From positions 32,001 to 96,000 of the forward strand of contig CAXXMV010000003.1 of NCBI GenBank assembly GCA_963662285.2: DNA of 64,000 bases, in the 5' to 3' direction. The DNA is from a bacterium (GTDB lineage: Bacteria; Hinthialibacterota; Hinthialibacteria; Hinthialibacterales; Hinthialibacteraceae). Position numbers and translations under genes: made by a program. Positions 10,278 through 18,705 of the stretch are shown here, in pieces. Position 1 is the first letter of the stretch; every line of letters begins with the position of its first letter. The notes beneath the pieces are model-generated. The model searched no databases and was not told the DNA's origin. It worked only from the letters and a program-made list of their open reading frames with translations.

Positions 10278-11189
10278 ATGATTAAAAGAACCATCGAGAT
10301 ATCCAGTTTGCCTTCTTATATCCGTGTGCGGTTCGATCAATTGGAGATTAGACAGAGGGATGGTGATAATGAGAAAACCTCTAAAATCCCTTGTGAAGAT
10401 ATAGGGCTGATGATTGTCGATCAACATGAATCCACCTACACCCACGCCGCGCTATCCAAATTGATGGATGCCGGGGCTACTCTGGTGGTTTGCGGCAGGG
10501 ATCATCTCCCCTCAGGCATGCTATTGCCCATATCGGAGCATACCGAAGTTATCTGGCGTATTGATAGCCAGATTTCGGTCAGTAAACCAATACGCAAACA
10601 ATTATGGCAACAGATCGTTCAGGCAAAAATCCGGGCGCAAGCCAACAACCTCCAGAAAGCAACCAAAGAATATATCCGTTTGATGGAGTTAGCCAAAAAC
10701 GTCCGCTCCGGCGATCCAGGCAACTTTGAAGCGCAGGCCGCCCGCTTTTATTGGCCTGTCTGGCTGCCGGGTGAAAAACCATTCCGCCGAAATTCTGACG
10801 GAAAAGACAAAATAAATATCCTGTTGAATTACGGTTATAGCATAGTTCGCGCCTCAGTGGCGCGGGCTATCGTTTCCGCCGGATTGCTGCCTCATTTTGG
10901 ACTGCACCATTCCAACCGTTCCAATGCCTTTTGTCTGGCGGATGATTTGATGGAACCGTTTCGCCCGATGGTGGATTATAAAGTCCGTAAATTAGCGCTG
11001 GATGGCAACCCGCAATTAAACCGTGATACAAAGGCGGTGTTGCTGGAGACTCTAACCGATACGGTTCAGATCAAGGAACAATGCGGACCATTGATGGTGG
11101 CTCTGCACCGGATGATAGCATCGCTGGTGCGTTGTTATGATGGAGAAGATAAGCAGTTGTTGATTCCTGAAGTAATTAAGAGCAAATAA
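10278..11189 (+). CDS. cas1: Type II CRISPR integrase Cas1
   Basis: EAQAARFYW, NILLNYGYSIVR, GLHH, LADDLMEPFRP. Confidence 0.97.
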   Translation: MIKRTIEISSLPSYIRVRFDQLEIRQRDGDNEKTSKIPCEDIGLMIVDQHESTYTHAALSKLMDAGATLVVCGRDHLPSGMLLPISEHTEVIWRIDSQISVSKPIRKQLWQQIVQAKIRAQANNLQKATKEYIRLMELAKNVRSGDPGNFEAQAARFYWPVWLPGEKPFRRNSDGKDKINILLNYGYSIVRASVARAIVSAGLLPHFGLHHSNRSNAFCLADDLMEPFRPMVDYKVRKLALDGNPQLNRDTKAVLLETLTDTVQIKEQCGPLMVALHRMIASLVRCYDGEDKQLLIPEVIKSK

Positions 11190-11193
11190 AATC

Positions 11194-11523
11194 ATGGAAC
11201 TCAGTGGATATAGATGCATGTGGATAATCGTGATGTTTGACCTTCCGACAGCGACGAAGACGGCCCGGCGTCAATACACGCGTTTTCGTTCAATACTCTT
11301 AAAAGACGGTTACGCTCAGATGCAATATTCGGTATACTATCGTCATTGCGCCAGTAAGGAGAATACAAGCGTCCATGCAGAAAGAATCAAGAAAGCCCTG
11401 CCTCCAGATGGGGAGGTGCGCATTCTTACAATTACAGACAAACAGTTCGAGCGTATGGAAGTGTTTTGGGGAAAAAAACGCACCAAAAGCGAAACCGCGC
11501 CCGTGCAACTTGAGTTTTTTTGA
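11194..11523 (+). CDS. cas2: CRISPR-associated Cas2
   Basis: MWIIVMFDLP, QYSVY, ITDKQF. Confidence 0.97.
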   Translation: MELSGYRCMWIIVMFDLPTATKTARRQYTRFRSILLKDGYAQMQYSVYYRHCASKENTSVHAERIKKALPPDGEVRILTITDKQFERMEVFWGKKRTKSETAPVQLEFF

Positions 11524-11573
11524 TGTTAAATCTCCACTAACCTCCTCAATAGTCTCCAGTTGGAGAAGAGTGT

Positions 11574-13043
11574 ATTGTAAACCATCTCAGTCAGTAAGCA
11601 ATCCGCTAACCGCCGCAGTGAACGCAATCGCCAGGCAATGATTGTAAACCATCTCAGTCAGTAAGCAATCCGCAACTTATGCAAATAAGGTAGCCGGTTA
11701 TGATAGATTGTAAACCATCTCAGTCAGTAAGCAATCCGCAACTGAGCCTGTGATTGCAATCTCGTTAGTGATATTGTAAACCATCTCAGTCAGTAAGCAA
11801 TCCGCAACACGGACGATCAGACACGCTAGAAGGCATAGATTGTAAACCATCTCAGTCAGTAAGCAATCCGCAACGGGTATCAGAAGTATTATCTATTACC
11901 CATCATTGTAAACCATCTCAGTCAGTAAGCAATCCGCAACCAACAGAATAATAGTCATTCAATACTGTAGTATTGTAAACCATCTCAGTCAGTAAGCAAT
12001 CCGCAACAGATGCGTAACAACAATTAACCCCGTAGGTATTGTAAACCATCTCAGTCAGTAAGCAATCCGCAACAGCCTATAGCGTCTCTCCAATCGCCAC
12101 TGATTGTAAACCATCTCAGTCAGTAAGCAATCCGCAACAAGTTGGAGCGCAGCAGTATCGTTGTACTGATTGTAAACCATCTCAGTCAGTAAGCAATCCG
12201 CAACGCATGGCGTATGCTAATAATAGATGCATCTATTGTAAACCATCTCAGTCAGTAAGCAATCCGCAACGGACAGTGCAACTCTCTGACCGGATATCAA
12301 TTGTAAACCATCTCAGTCAGTAAGCAATCCGCAACTAACCCAGGATTACGTTCCACCAGCGGAACATTGTAAACCATCTCAGTCAGTAAGCAATCCGCAA
12401 CATCTAGGTATGAAACAATTTATAGATGATGATTGTAAACCATCTCAGTCAGTAAGCAATCCGCAACCATATTACGAGTGAGGTTATTGAAATGAAAATT
12501 GTAAACCATCTCAGTCAGTAAGCAATCCGCAACTATACCGTTGGACAGGCTGGCCATGATGCAATTGTAAACCATCTCAGTCAGTAAGCAATCCGCAACG
12601 ATTAGATATCAATGCAAAATAAGGATTTTATTGTAAACCATCTCAGTCAGTAAGCAATCCGCAACAAACCAGGCGGAGCCTTTCTGATCTTTGTAATTGT
12701 AAACCATCTCAGTCAGTAAGCAATCCGCAACTATTCTCCAATAGTCGCTAGGTACGTGTTTATTGTAAACCATCTCAGTCAGTAAGCAATCCGCAACGGC
12801 ACGTGTGTAGCTGTTGGCGCTGGCGTAATTGTAAACCATCTCAGTCAGTAAGCAATCCGCAACTAATAAAGTTAGGTGCGTTGATAATTGATAAATTGTA
12901 AACCATCTCAGTCAGTAAGCAATCCGCAACCAAATGCGGACAATAGCCAAAGGCGGAACTATTGTAAACCATCTCAGTCAGTAAGCAATCCGCAACGAAC
13001 TCCTAGCGGGCGGCATGATGAAGGTATTGTAAACCATCTCAGT
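11574..13043 (-). CRISPR. Type II-C CRISPR array: 22 full 36-bp repeats, 1 truncated repeat, 22 spacers of 29-31 bp
   Basis: Plus-strand repeat ATTGTAAACCATCTCAGTCAGTAAGCAATCCGCAAC; crRNA sense GTTGCGG...TACAAT is on the minus strand, consistent with tracr complementarity. First repeat has a 1-nt insertion; the last is cut after 18 bp. Confidence 0.98.
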
Positions 13044-13046
13044 GAA

Positions 13047-13307
13047 GTAGGATGAGACAAAGCGTAAGCGTTTCCCATCGGGGTTTCAATCCGCCTATGT
13101 ATTTATCAATGATTTCAGGTGTATCAGAATCGTCCTAATCTTGATCGTACCATCTGGATTTAACATCTTTATGGAATGAAAACCATTTCCATTCGCCGGG
13201 TTGATTTACATAGACGTTAGGATCATTAAAAAGATTGTTGCGGTTATTAGTTTTTAGTGGGTGGATAGAAATCCGATGGGACACGCTGACGCTTTGTCCC
13301 ATCCTAC
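13047..13307. mobile_element. REP-flanked non-autonomous element carrying a RAYT-like remnant
   Basis: 33-bp inverted GTAG-type REPs (13047-13079, 13275-13307; 30/33 identical); minus-strand interior reads TNNRNNLFNDP..VNQPGEWKWFSFHKDVKSRWYDQD*. Confidence 0.7.
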
Positions 13308-13315
13308 CTGCTATA

Positions 13316-13618
13316 TTAATCGATATCCGAGTGGCGGAGGGTGATATCTCCGTTCATTTCGCAGTGGTCGAGGATGCCCATGACCATCTCTTTGATGGGG
13401 GCGATTTTGATGCCGAAGACCATTTGGGCGGCGCCTGGGGCGGCGCCCATCAGTACGTATTCGCCTTTTCCGGCGCCGACGTAATCGACCGCTATGGTGG
13501 ATATGCCCTGAGGGGTTCCGTCGGGCAGCACTGGTTGAATGATGAGCAGAGTTCGCGCATCATAGGCTTCATGTTTTATAGTTGAAACAACGTTTCCTAA
13601 TACGCGGCCTATTCTCAT
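13316..13618 (-). CDS. BMC pentamer/vertex protein (EutN/CcmL family)
   Basis: MRIGRVLGNVVSTIKH, AVDYVGAGKGEYVL, MGILD. Confidence 0.92.
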   Translation of the reverse strand: MRIGRVLGNVVSTIKHEAYDARTLLIIQPVLPDGTPQGISTIAVDYVGAGKGEYVLMGAAPGAAQMVFGIKIAPIKEMVMGILDHCEMNGDITLRHSDID

Positions 13619-13893
13619 GATCCCTCATCCGTAGACATACTATCTACAATTCCGACAATGGTGGCGTCGGAGGGCATTTCGTGACCTTCTTTTATGGTCG
13701 CCGCATCGCCGCCTTCCACATAAAAAACCGTCTCGCCAGTACCGCATTGGTTATCGGGATCAATGGCGATAAGTGGATTGCCGATCTCTTCGCGATTCTC
13801 GTTGAGCGGTTGGATGAAGCAGAATTTCATCCCGGTGAAGCTATGATGTTTCTGCGTCGCCCAAAGCGAGCCGATCACTTTTGCCAGGTTCAT
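13615..13893 (-). CDS. BMC pentamer/vertex protein (EutN/CcmL family)
   Basis: MNLAKVIGSLWATQK, PSDATIVGIVD. Confidence 0.92.
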   Translation of the reverse strand: MNLAKVIGSLWATQKHHSFTGMKFCFIQPLNENREEIGNPLIAIDPDNQCGTGETVFYVEGGDAATIKEGHEMPSDATIVGIVDSMSTDEGS

Positions 13894-13901
13894 AATTAGA
13901 C

Positions 13902-14204
13902 CTACGCGCCTTCCTGCGACTTGTCATATTTGATCTGGCCGTGGATATCCATCGAATCGACGATAGCCATGATGACGGCGTCGACAGGAAGACCTTTGGT
14001 CTCTTCGGTCAGGCGGGCGGATGAGCCGGTGGCGCATACCACCACTTCTCCATTACCGGCGCCGCATGAATCAGCGGCTATCACAAAACTTTTGGTTGGT
14101 TCAATATCAAGGTTCAAATGCTGTACCAAGAGCAGTTTCAAACCTACCAGTTTGGGGTCTTTCTGGGTGGATACCACAGAGCCGACAACTTTGGCCAAAA
14201 ACAT
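13902..14204 (-). CDS. BMC pentamer/vertex protein (EutN/CcmL family)
   Basis: MFLAKVVGSVVSTQK, GAGNGE, GSSAR, PVDAVIMAIVD; ATG at 14204 after GAGGA. Confidence 0.93.
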   Translation of the reverse strand: MFLAKVVGSVVSTQKDPKLVGLKLLLVQHLNLDIEPTKSFVIAADSCGAGNGEVVVCATGSSARLTEETKGLPVDAVIMAIVDSMDIHGQIKYDKSQEGA

Positions 14205-14240
14205 AATCAATCCTCACTATTTTGAATCTACAACTGATTT

Positions 14241-14759
14241 TTAATATGATCCCGGAATTCTCATCATGTCACTACTGGGAATAGACAGTTCCACATCGCT
14301 GACAACGCAGGCTTTAATGCCAACCGCAGTTTCGTCGCAGTCGGGAAATTTATGACATTTTATACACCCAGCCCAGACTTTATGCGGTAGTTCCGCTTTG
14401 TCCAAGACTTCAAAGCCTAATCGGGTGAAAAAATCGGGGATTTTAGTCAGCGCGAAAACGCGTTGAATGCTTAATTGCTTCGCTTCTTCCAAACAGGCTT
14501 CGATCAAAGCTTTGCCGTAGCCCTTTTTGCGTCCATGATGATCGACCACCAGGGATATGATCTCGGCCAGGTTGCCCCACACGATATGCAAGCCTACGCA
14601 GCCATGAACTTCACCGTCAAGTTCGATAACAAAGAAATCGCGTAAATTTTCATAAAGTTCACTAAGGGGCCGGGGAAGCATGAAGCCTTCCTTCATATGG
14701 TCTTCTATTAATTTCTTAATGCGAGGCACATCAGCCACGCATGCTTTTCTGATTTTCAT
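14241..14759 (-). CDS. Short amino-acid N-acetyltransferase (ArgA-like GNAT)
   Basis: MLPRPLSELYENLRDF, VFALT..FF, LPHKVWAGCIKCHKFPDCDE. Confidence 0.85.
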   Translation of the reverse strand: MKIRKACVADVPRIKKLIEDHMKEGFMLPRPLSELYENLRDFFVIELDGEVHGCVGLHIVWGNLAEIISLVVDHHGRKKGYGKALIEACLEEAKQLSIQRVFALTKIPDFFTRLGFEVLDKAELPHKVWAGCIKCHKFPDCDETAVGIKACVVSDVELSIPSSDMMRIPGSY

Positions 14760-15182
14760 GCATATTCCATTCTAAATGCTTCTGAAAAATTAGCATATGG
14801 CGTTAAATTCTGAATTATCTTATTTTATCACGCTTATGGCTGAATCGAAGCAGAAGGAGAATAAAAAGATTGATGTTTCACTTGTTTTGTCCGATGGTGG
14901 TTTGTATTTATCCCTGATCCAGTCCTTTCATGGGGGCGGAGTTTTTGGGCGAGATGATATTTAGCGCCGACGGTAGGTCGGAATGAAGAATTGGTTTGAT
15001 AATATATCCAAGAACAAAAAAAGGAGGATAAACGCTTGAATCTATTGAATCTGTTCGATTAAGCAAATGCCGCCTTTTGGCGGCTCATAAAGCAATCCGT
15101 TTTGTGCGGTTCACAATATCAAGCCTCCCGGAGGTACATGACTGCGTCTCCAAATCGATGCACCCTGCCGGGTGCATATAAA

Positions 15183-15209
15183 AAAGACCTTCCATAACGG
15201 AAGGTCTTT
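15183..15209 (-). terminator. Intrinsic terminator after pseudopilin gene
   Basis: AAAGACCTTCC-ATAAC-GGAAGGTCTTT hairpin with T tract on the minus strand. Confidence 0.7.
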
Positions 15210-15252
15210 GGTTCAAGGCGAATCGGTGGATATTATTAATAATGGGTGGTGA

Positions 15253-15930
15253 TTAGTCGCTCATAGTTCCGCTGCTCATCATATAGATGTCGCCGATGCT
15301 GATCAAGCCGTTTGACGTTGTATATGGCGTTCCTCTTTCACCGCCAGTACCGCCGATATATCCATCCGGACCAAGACCTATCAAACCGAATTCATTGGGC
15401 TGCATCGGCCTTCGTCCAAACTGTTCCGCATAAGGTGAGTTAAATCCGGCGACTCCTTGATTGCCGCCAGCTTTATTCCCTCCGGGAATGTGGGGATCAA
15501 CATCGCAGTACATATAGGTGTCAAACGGGCTGCCGAAGCCTCTGTCTGATTCGGCTTTCATTTTTGTGATAAATGGATCAACTGGAATAGAAGACATGTA
15601 AGAAATCGGACTGGTTAATACCGCGAGATAGTCCATTGCGCTGCGGGTTGCTTCTGGAAAATCACCCACGCCATTAAACACATTTTTCAAAATTTCACGC
15701 CCTTCTGCAGTATCATCGTCCCAGCCGTCAATAGGCAGATGATTGGTGTCTAATTGCAGCATTTGGATGCTGGTGATAACTGATTTCATGTCTGCATAGC
15801 AACGGGCAATTTTTGCTCTTGACTGTGCATTCAAAAAGTTCGGAACCGCAATCGCCGCTAGAATCCCTATGATCGCAACGACAATAAGCAGTTCGATAAG
15901 CGTGAAACCTAATCGGGAACGTGTTTTCAT
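15253..15930 (-). CDS. Prepilin-type N-terminal cleavage/methylation protein (GspG-like pseudopilin)
   Basis: G|FTLIELLIVVAIIGILAAIAVPNF; LTSPISY..P.DPF; GPD; YTTSNGLISIGDI. Confidence 0.9.
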   Translation of the reverse strand: MKTRSRLGFTLIELLIVVAIIGILAAIAVPNFLNAQSRAKIARCYADMKSVITSIQMLQLDTNHLPIDGWDDDTAEGREILKNVFNGVGDFPEATRSAMDYLAVLTSPISYMSSIPVDPFITKMKAESDRGFGSPFDTYMYCDVDPHIPGGNKAGGNQGVAGFNSPYAEQFGRRPMQPNEFGLIGLGPDGYIGGTGGERGTPYTTSNGLISIGDIYMMSSGTMSD

Positions 15931-16170
15931 AGCGCCTCTTCAATACTCGTGTATTTTGAGTCCTGGACAATTATCCATTTTTGTTACTTTTATCAAAATC
16001 CGCCTTACATGTCAAGCGTATTATGTAATTTTGTTTAAATTTATGCGGAAATATATGAGTTCAACAGATTCATTTCTTCGCCATATCACAATCATACAAA
16101 CCGCCGACGCAGATGGATCCGGTGGGTCAAAAAACGAGACCAACCCTATGGGGACTAAGCATATGTTAAC

Positions 16171-17234
16171 CTACATATTTAACCAGCCAAAAACTGCCGT
16201 TGGCGGATCTACCGGCACATCATCGAGTGTTTGGTATCTGATATCAGCTTCAAACGGAGCAGTATAGTGAACAGCGATCGAACGCATGTCATCTTCGGTA
16301 ATTGGACCTGTTGATGAATTCATCACACTATTAACGGTATATGTATGCCTTGCATTCAAACAATGTCCCAATTCATGTCTTACTACAGTATCATCATCTC
16401 GGTATTCCGGAGTCCCGTTCAAATGCAACAAAATATAAATCAAGTGCGCTTCCATTCCTGATCCGCTCATCGTCAAATCCGGCATGCATGGGCCTCGTGA
16501 ATCATTACCTTTCAGATTTATTCCCTGCTGTGATTCAACTCCTGTTTCTGCCTGTGAAGAAATCAACAAATCAGATACCTCCTTAAATAATTCTTCTGAG
16601 ACGAGTTCGCGATTAACCTGATTTATTACAATATAATCATTAATTCTTGCTGCAAGTTCATAAAAACGAGAATTATACTCTTCTAAAGCCATTTCAACAG
16701 TTGCAAGCTGTCCGGCGCTCATTGGCCGATCAACCGCAATCGAACCACTACGATCTAAACAAATCGGAATGGGAAGTGAACGTTTCCATTTCGCATGTCC
16801 AGGAAACATCTCATTCGTATGCAAAGGATTGTGATAAAAGGGATGATCTGGGTCAGTTGGCGTTACATCATAACGAGATGGAGATTCAGCAGTAGAGATT
16901 CCCGGATGAGCAACATTAGTAAACCCTTCTGCTGTTTTAATATAAATTGGCTGCCAATCGAACTGATCGGACCAATATCAATATCGCCAAAATCAAAATG
17001 ACCATCTTCAAGAGGAACTACCTTATCAAATCTCTTCGCCCAGCCCGTCATCGGCGAACCATTAATAATATTATACACATCACCATAACAAGTCATAGGA
17101 AAATCAGGATCTGGATCTGTTATACGCGCACTTGATTTGCGTGGCAATAACAGTGTTGGCGCAACAAGGCCAGCGCCAGCGCTTAATACAGATGAACGTA
17201 AAAAATTTCTTCTCGATAAATTCTCTTTAGCCAT
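16171..17234 (-). pseudogene. TAT-exported metzincin-like zinc metallopeptidase split by one frameshift
   Basis: 5' ORF has SRRNFL twin-arginine signal; second frame is open from 16977 to 16171 and contains HELGHCLNARH and a Met-turn (NSVM); the two frames overlap. Confidence 0.65.
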
Positions 17235-17545
17235 TATTTAAACACCTCATGAGTAGTTACTACTTCCAAGTAAAACAACTCATATTTAAATGTAATCATT
17301 AACGACCAGTTATTCTCAACAAAACTTAAAGAATAATCTTTTCCCACACAAACAAAATACAAAAATATTAAAAGATTCTATTCTATTCAATATTGAAAAT
17401 TAAGATAATTGCAAAATTCAACATCAAACAACTTTTCCAATAGATTACACAATCCTCAAAAGAACGTCAACTCTTTTTTGTACAAACTCTGACATAAAAC
17501 ATCAGCGAAGTAGACAAAGCGCTAGCGTATCCCATCGTTTTGGCC

Positions 17546-17729
17546 GTAACAGGTCAGCCATATGAAGTAGTAACATTATAACTATGCTTTATACAAGGCT
17601 TTTTATTAAAATTCTCCCCCCAAGTTTGGGGGGAGTTAGAGGGGGGTTGCGTTTCAACGAATCAACCCCCACCTAACCTCCCCCAGGCTTGGGGGAGGGA
17701 TAACGCACTTCAATTGGCTGACCAGTTAC
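17546..17729. mobile_element. 184-bp MITE with 23-bp imperfect TIRs and 8-bp target duplication
   Basis: GTAACAGGTCAGCCATATGAAGT ... ACTTCAATTGGCTGACCAGTTAC (20/23); TTTTGGCC at 17538-17545 and 17730-17737. Confidence 0.8.
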
Positions 17730-17750
17730 TTTTGGCCTAAGTCGAAGCAT

Positions 17751-17972
17751 TTAAAATACTTCCCGCATTGGGCGAATTTGGGGGCCGGGTAAGGGTTTGC
17801 CTTCTGTTTGGAAATGGGTGATGACATCATCAATAACTTCGCATAAATCCTGATAAACTTGTAGGGGATCGTCTCCGTGAATTCCGGTGATTAAATCTGG
17901 ACATTTTCCTATGTACACATTGTCCTCCTCACTCCATTCAACCCATTTGTGATACCTATCGCTCACTTTCAT
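17751..17972 (-). CDS. HicB-like antitoxin domain protein
   Basis: VEWSEEDNVYIGKCPDL..GIHGDD..V..L..VI...GKPLP pattern; RBS GAGGAGG. Confidence 0.75.
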   Translation of the reverse strand: MKVSDRYHKWVEWSEEDNVYIGKCPDLITGIHGDDPLQVYQDLCEVIDDVITHFQTEGKPLPGPQIRPMREVF

Positions 17973-17995
17973 TTTTGAGCCTCCTCAATAATCAT

Positions 17996-18077
17996 GTAGG
18001 ATGGGTCGCTCTTTTTCGACCCACCGATTATAGCCAATTATCTGATCCGGTGGGTCATAAGACGCGACCCACCCTAC
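17996..18077. repeat. Inverted REP doublet (REPIN-like)
   Basis: GTAGGATGGGTCG..CGACCCACC and GGTGGGTC..GACCCACCCTAC in inverted orientation. Confidence 0.75.
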
Positions 18078-18120
18078 GGCTGTACTTGCTTTGTCCAATA
18101 ATTTAATAGAACAGGTACGT

Positions 18121-18705
18121 TCATTTCTTCCGCCGCATCCCAACTACGCAAACCGCCAGCGCGGCCAGAATCAGAATCCCGCCTTCTACGAAGATTATTT
18201 TTCTCACGCCCATCAGGGTTATGAGGTAGAATGAGGTTAACAAGGTTCCAACGATGCTGCCCAGTGATGATAGAGCGTAGAGGTTGCCCACTCCCCGGCC
18301 CAGGTTGCTGATATTTTTTACTTGCAATTTTACGGCGTATGGGCTGACCGCTCCCATGAAGATGGTCGGCGGCATGAATAGGATTATTGAGGCCAGCAGC
18401 GGTTCGGCGCGCATTCCGAACTGGCTGTCGAAAATCCAGTTATTCACCGGGTCGCAGTACAGCGGCATGATGCATAAACTTACTCCGGGGATGACCAACA
18501 GCATGGCGAAACAGTAGAGATTGGCGATCCGGTCAGCCAGTTTTCCGCCTCCCCAATATCCCACGGTCAGTCCGCTGAGAAATACGCTGATCAGGCTGCC
18601 CCACACAAAGACGTCATTACCGAAATGAGGCGCCAGAATGCGGCTGCCCAGAATTTCAAATGACATGACTACGCTGCCGGTTAGAAACACTATCACTGGA
18701 ATCAT
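18121..18705 (-). CDS. Membrane domain of the MFS/spermidine-synthase fusion family, stand-alone
   Basis: EILGSRILAPHFG..VW..LISV.L.G, G.LYALSSLGSIVGT. Confidence 0.8.
   Translation of the reverse strand: MIPVIVFLTGSVVMSFEILGSRILAPHFGNDVFVWGSLISVFLSGLTVGYWGGGKLADRIANLYCFAMLLVIPGVSLCIMPLYCDPVNNWIFDSQFGMRAEPLLASIILFMPPTIFMGAVSPYAVKLQVKNISNLGRGVGNLYALSSLGSIVGTLLTSFYLITLMGVRKIIFVEGGILILAALAVCVVGMRRKK

Noticed and set aside
11524-11573. csn2 or cas4 (type II-A/II-B)
   Set aside because: Only 50 bp lie between cas2 and the array; no room for such a gene.
12609-12839. 76-aa ORF with repeated VADCLLTEMVYN
   Set aside because: Translation of CRISPR repeats (66-bp period), not a gene.
11611-13025. 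Self-targeting or duplicated spacers
   Set aside because: None noticed by eye within the window; the check was not exhaustive and needs BLASTN.
13087-13094. CAATCCGC as the displaced second half of the terminal repeat
   Set aside because: It is mirrored by an imperfect copy beside the right REP, so it belongs to the element's inverted ends.
15090-15099. AAGCAATCCG matching the CRISPR repeat (second anti-repeat or scaRNA?)
   Set aside because: Only 10 nt with no extension; compatible with chance.
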